Source: Patescibacteria group bacterium (GTDB taxonomy: Bacteria > Patescibacteriota > UBA1384 > 2-12-FULL-50-11). From it: DNA of 64,000 nucleotides. The notes under the pieces are model-generated. The model did no database searches, was not told where the DNA came from, and saw only the letters and a program-made list of their open reading frames with translations. Below, in pieces: positions 59,806 through 64,000 of this stretch. Position numbers and translations under genes: made by a program. The stretch's first letter is position 1. The number at the start of each line of letters is the position of its first letter. The DNA lies in assembly GCA_016861245.1 (NCBI GenBank), contig BOKZ01000001.1, positions 551,006 through 615,005 of the forward strand, given 5' to 3'.

Positions 59806-60813
59806 ATGTTACGACGGATCGGGGTAGATTTAGGCACGGCCAACATCCTTATTAACGTCCCTGGCAAAGGGATTGTTATCGACGAGCCTGCTGTTGCGGC
59901 GATCGACGCCTTTGATAATAAAATCGTCGCCTTTGGCGAGGAAGCTAAAAAGATGCTCGGTAAAACCCCCGGCAGTATTATCGCTGCTCGACCGTTAAAA
60001 GACGGCGTTATCGCTAACTTTAAAGTTACCGAAGCGATGCTGCGTTATTTTATTAACCGCGTAAGTGGCCGAATTCGTCTATTACGACCTGATGTTATGG
60101 TGGCGGTACCCGTCGGCGCTACTTCAACCGAGCGTCGAGCAGTTATCGACGCGTGCGTCGCCGCCGGCGCTAAAAAAGCGTTTCTCATTAAAGAACCAGT
60201 AGCAGCGGCGTTAGGCGCAAACGTGCCGATTGCGGCAGCTGAGGGACACCTTATTATCGACATAGGCGGCGGCACAACCGAGGTTGCGGTGATATCGCTC
60301 GGCGACGTGGTAGCAGCAACATCGGTTCGAGTTGGCGGCGCCAAGATGGATCAAGCGATCGCTAATTATATTCGTAAAAAATACTCTCTGATTATCGGCG
60401 AGCCAACAGCCGAATCGCTTAAAATTAAAATAGGTGCGGTAGTTCCTCAGAAAAAAGAACAAACAATGGAGCTCTCTGGTGCTAACTCAATTACTGGTTT
60501 GCCTGAGAGTATTATCGTTAACTCCAGCGACGTCATGAACGCCGTCCAAGAAGAGTTAAAAGAAATTATCGGCGCCGTTAAGTCGGTGCTACAAAAAACC
60601 CCACCCGAGTTAGCGGCAGATATTATGGATAAGGGGATGATCATGACTGGCGGCGGGTCGATGCTTCGCGGCCTTGATCAGTTATTTACCAAGGTTACCG
60701 GCGTACCTTGCCAGTTAGCAGAGGATCCGAGACTATGTGTCGCCAAAGGCACCGGTATCGCCGCAGAACATTTAGACGAATACGTTCGGTCTGTCCTGTG
60801 GTCGAAGCGCTAA
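59806..60813 (+). CDS. mreB: rod-shape determining actin homologue MreB
   Basis: 335 aa; GIDLGTANI, DIGGGTTE. Confidence 0.93.
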   Translation: MLRRIGVDLGTANILINVPGKGIVIDEPAVAAIDAFDNKIVAFGEEAKKMLGKTPGSIIAARPLKDGVIANFKVTEAMLRYFINRVSGRIRLLRPDVMVAVPVGATSTERRAVIDACVAAGAKKAFLIKEPVAAALGANVPIAAAEGHLIIDIGGGTTEVAVISLGDVVAATSVRVGGAKMDQAIANYIRKKYSLIIGEPTAESLKIKIGAVVPQKKEQTMELSGANSITGLPESIIVNSSDVMNAVQEELKEIIGAVKSVLQKTPPELAADIMDKGMIMTGGGSMLRGLDQLFTKVTGVPCQLAEDPRLCVAKGTGIAAEHLDEYVRSVLWSKR

Positions 60814-60852
60814 CAGGTTCACATTTTCCGAAAACTCAAGTATGGTTGTTGC

Positions 60853-61938
60853 ATGATAATCGGCGTTGACGCATCGAGAGCCGTTAAAGTAGCGAAAACC
60901 GGAACTGAACACTACTCGTGGGAGCTATTAAAGGAACTTGTTCAGCTTCCAAGTGAACATACGTTTCGTCTTTACGCGCCGCATCTTCCCAAAAACCCGT
61001 TTCCCGAAGAACGGTGCGAGTGGAGAGTTATTCCGGAGCGCCGGCTCTGGTCGCAGATCGCGCTGGCAAAGGAGATAAAATCTGATCCGCCAGACGTCTT
61101 ATTTGTCCCGTCGCACGTTATTCCGTTACTAACAAACGTGCCATCGGTTGTAACAATCCACGACGTTGCTTATAAGTATTACCCGAAAGCATATTCGTCG
61201 TTTGACCGTCGCTACCTCGAATTCACGACCGGTATATCGATCTCAAAGGCAAAAAAAGTAATTGTTCCGACTCAAGCAACAGCTAACGATATTCAAAAGT
61301 ACTACAAAGCCGAGACAGAAAAAATTACCGTTATACCGCACGGGTATAACTCTGATGTTTTTAAGCCGCTACCGAAAAGCGGATCGCCGTACCAATATCC
61401 GTATATATTTTTCGTCGGGCGGATCGAAACCAAAAAGAACGTGTTGCGCTTAATCGAGGCGTTTGCGTTACTCTCAAAACAAGAAAAAACTCTTCATCTG
61501 GTGTTGGCTGGTAAGCCTGGGTTGGGTAGCGAAGATGTTACCGCTAGAATCCAATCTTTAGCCGAAGAAGTTAAACAAAAGATTCATCTTATTGGCTACA
61601 TCGACGATCACGACGTTGCACGTCATCTTGCACACGCTAAGGCCTTTGTTTTCCCGAGTTTATACGAAGGTTTCGGCATTCCGATTCTTGAAGCGATGGC
61701 GGTCGGCTGTCCGGTTGTTTGTAGTAGCACACCCGCACTTGTTGAGATCGCAAAAGACGTGGCTACTGTACTACCGCCAGATAACTCGCTCAGTTGGGCC
61801 GCTGCCGTACAACGAATAATCGACAACCCAGAGCTCGCTGCCAATATGAGTGAGAAGGGGATTAAACGAGCAAGCGAGTATTCTTGGAAAAAGTCGGCCG
61901 AAAAAACGTTAGAAATTTTGAATAATGTGGCAGCCTAA
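60853..61938 (+). CDS. GT-B family 1 (GT4) glycosyltransferase
   Basis: E-x7-E region EGFGIPILEAMAVGCPVV. Confidence 0.8.
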   Translation: MIIGVDASRAVKVAKTGTEHYSWELLKELVQLPSEHTFRLYAPHLPKNPFPEERCEWRVIPERRLWSQIALAKEIKSDPPDVLFVPSHVIPLLTNVPSVVTIHDVAYKYYPKAYSSFDRRYLEFTTGISISKAKKVIVPTQATANDIQKYYKAETEKITVIPHGYNSDVFKPLPKSGSPYQYPYIFFVGRIETKKNVLRLIEAFALLSKQEKTLHLVLAGKPGLGSEDVTARIQSLAEEVKQKIHLIGYIDDHDVARHLAHAKAFVFPSLYEGFGIPILEAMAVGCPVVCSSTPALVEIAKDVATVLPPDNSLSWAAAVQRIIDNPELAANMSEKGIKRASEYSWKKSAEKTLEILNNVAA

Positions 61939-62644
61939 TTACATCAAAATTCTCGGTGTGCGTGTTGATTCGTTAACGTGGAACGACGTAGATAGTTTTG
62001 CAAAAGATGCGCTTTCGGGTAGTAAACCGAATCAAGTTGTAACCGTTAACGGAGAGCACATTCTTGCTGCGGAACGTAACCCTAAGCACCGTAACGTTAT
62101 CAATAACGCCGAACTCGTCGTACCAGATACTACAAACGTACTTTGGGTTAGTAAATTAAAAGGAAGGGGATTAGCGCAGACGATTCCCGGTGTCGATTTA
62201 TCGTTGCGATTAGCTCGGATCGCTGCTGAAACTAATAACTCTTTGTTCTTGTTAGGTAGTAAAATTGGTGTCGCCGAAAAAGCCGCTCGAAAGTTGCAAA
62301 CGATGTATCCGGGACTGGTAATTGCCGGGTTTAGTAGCGCCGATCCAGGCAAGAATAGGGTGGTGGAAGAGATTCGTAATTCGGGCGCTGATATCGTGTT
62401 AGTCGCGTACGGTGCACCAACCCAAGAGTACTGGATCGCAGAGCACAAAGTAGCAACCGGCGCAAAAATATTAGTTGGCGTCGGCGGGACTTTCGATATG
62501 ATCGCCGGCATTTTGCCTCGTGCCCCAAGGTTTGTACGAACCCTCCACCTAGAATGGCTTTGGCGATTAATCCTTCAGCCGTCACGAATCGGTCGAATTT
62601 GGAAAGCGGTAGTAGTATTTCCTCTAAGAGCGCTTTTCCATTGA
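61925..62644 (+). CDS. WecB/TagA/CpsF-family glycosyltransferase
   Basis: 239 aa, family-typical N-terminus ILGVRVD and size. Confidence 0.7.
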   Translation: MWQPNYIKILGVRVDSLTWNDVDSFAKDALSGSKPNQVVTVNGEHILAAERNPKHRNVINNAELVVPDTTNVLWVSKLKGRGLAQTIPGVDLSLRLARIAAETNNSLFLLGSKIGVAEKAARKLQTMYPGLVIAGFSSADPGKNRVVEEIRNSGADIVLVAYGAPTQEYWIAEHKVATGAKILVGVGGTFDMIAGILPRAPRFVRTLHLEWLWRLILQPSRIGRIWKAVVVFPLRALFH

Positions 62645-62737
62645 AAATTCGGAGAAAGTACGCTACTATTGCGAATGTAGTCCAGGATTTAATCCTGGCA
62701 CTTTTTAAATTACACTTACCTAAAAGGAGATATTTTA

Positions 62738-63889
62738 ATGGCCATCAGCGCATTTGCAGCAGCAATTAACCAACTAGCCGACGAACGCGGATTACCGCAC
62801 GACGTTATTATTGAAGCGATTGAATCGGCGGTAGCGGCTGCGTACCGTAAAGATTACGGCGACCCAGACCAAAACATTCGAGCGAAACTCGACGAAGAGA
62901 CCGGCGAATTTAAAATTTGGCAGGTCTTTGAGGTTGTTGAAGAGCCCGAAAACACTCACGCACAACTCACTGTTGAAGAGGCAAAAGAACTTAAGAAAAC
63001 CGCAAAACTTGGCGATGAGGTTACTGTCGAGCTAGAGCCGCACGCAGATTTCGGACGGATCGCCGCTCAAACTGCAAAACAGGTTATCTCACAACGGTTA
63101 CGCGAAGCAGAGAAAGAAATTCTCTACGCCGAGTACAAAGAGAAACAAGGCCAGTTAATTAACGGATACGTTCAGCAGGTTGAAGGTCCGAACGTTATTA
63201 TGAACATCGGCAAACTCAACGGATTAATGATCGCCTCCGATCAAATTCCTGGTCAAACGTATTATCCTGGACAACGCCTAAAAATCTTGGTTTATAACGT
63301 TGAAGAGACGCCACGTGGTCCTCGCGTTCTCGTTACGCGCTCTAGCGCCGATTTTATCGCTAAACTGTTCGAGCTCGAAGTTCCTGAGATCGCATCAGGT
63401 TCAGTTGAAGTTAAAACTATCGCTCGTGAAGCTGGCACTAGAACTAAAATGGCCGTCGCTTCAACTCAACCGGGGCTTGACCCTGTCGGTTCGTGCGTCG
63501 GTCAACGTGGAACCCGTGTCCAATCTGTTTTGAGTGAGATTGGCGACGAAAAAATCGATATTATTCTTTGGAGCGAGTCGATCGAACAGATGATCACCAA
63601 CGCCTTGGCTCCAGCTAAAATCGAAAAAATTTCACTTCGTAAGAAAGATTCAACAGCATTGGTAACAGTGCCGGAAGACCAACTCTCGTTGGCGATCGGT
63701 AAGAACGGCCAAAACGTTCGCCTTGCCAGTAAGCTTACTGGCTGGGAGATCGATATTCTAAAAACAGGGGAGAGCGCTCGACAAAAAGCCGAGGAGAAAG
63801 CCGTCCCGTCTGATTCAGAGATCCTCGAGCAAACACCTGAAGATATCGCATCTGAGCAAGAACAAGTAGCCGACGAAGCAACTCAATAA
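62738..63889 (+). CDS. nusA: transcription termination/antitermination factor NusA
   Basis: 383 aa; N-terminal domain, S1, 2xKH; acidic tail. Confidence 0.92.
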   Translation: MAISAFAAAINQLADERGLPHDVIIEAIESAVAAAYRKDYGDPDQNIRAKLDEETGEFKIWQVFEVVEEPENTHAQLTVEEAKELKKTAKLGDEVTVELEPHADFGRIAAQTAKQVISQRLREAEKEILYAEYKEKQGQLINGYVQQVEGPNVIMNIGKLNGLMIASDQIPGQTYYPGQRLKILVYNVEETPRGPRVLVTRSSADFIAKLFELEVPEIASGSVEVKTIAREAGTRTKMAVASTQPGLDPVGSCVGQRGTRVQSVLSEIGDEKIDIILWSESIEQMITNALAPAKIEKISLRKKDSTALVTVPEDQLSLAIGKNGQNVRLASKLTGWEIDILKTGESARQKAEEKAVPSDSEILEQTPEDIASEQEQVADEATQ

Positions 63890-64000
63890 CAGTGTTAATG
63901 TAAAGCACGCTTTACATTGTCAAGACGTATTTTATAAGGAAATAACAGGGAGAATTGGCAATTATCCTCCTGACATAGAAAAATCCTCTGTTATACTAGC

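Overview
The window is a near-complete bacterial ribosomal-protein 'superoperon' from a small, streamlined genome (code 11, TGA used as a stop). The conserved backbone runs rpoB(partial)-rpoC-rpsL-rpsG-fusA-tuf-rpsJ, then a ~16 kb accessory insert, then rplC-rplD-rplW-rplB-rpsS-rplV-rpsC-rplP-rpmC-rpsQ-rplN-rplX-rplE-rpsZ-rpsH-rplF-rplR-rpsE-rplO-secY-(LysM)-adk-map-infA-rpmJ-rpsM-rpsK-rpsD-rpoA-rplQ-rplM-rpsI. L30 is absent, which is typical of Patescibacteria/CPR-like lineages.

Downstream are housekeeping genes: a PolB-like 3'-5' exonuclease, pheS, pheT, aspS, a DD-carboxypeptidase, rnc, nusB, rpmF, leuS, a ferric-reductase-like flavocytochrome, gpmI-eno-pgi flanked by two tRNA-Ala genes, tRNA-Leu, a sortase, mreB, two glycosyltransferases and nusA.

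The standout is the accessory insert that splits the S10 operon between rpsJ and rplC. Its first 7.4 kb is an AT-richer, tightly packed four-gene defence cassette:
- hsdR, a type I restriction subunit.
- An unusual HsdM-HsdS(TRD1) translational fusion.
- A second half-hsdS (TRD2).
- A 776-aa Rad50/ABC-type ATPase with CxxC zinc-hook motifs and a C-terminal R-x3-E...H domain, best read as an RloC-like anticodon nuclease.

An (AG)7 dinucleotide repeat lies exactly at the TRD1/TRD2 junction. Loss of one AG unit would fuse HsdM-TRD1 in frame to TRD2, so this is a candidate phase-variable specificity switch.

The rest of the insert holds a Cas4/RecB-like Fe-S PD-(D/E)xK nuclease, a membrane trypsin-like protease, a GC-rich hairpin-dense non-coding block, several small hypothetical or membrane proteins, a cupin, msrA and an orphan KAS-III-like gene.

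The second strong oddity is a complete Nudix hydrolase domain with a perfect Nudix box inserted into LeuRS. Other notable reductions are an rpoA lacking the alpha-CTD and a PheRS beta subunit lacking the B1-B4 (editing) region. No CRISPR array, integrase or transposase is visible.
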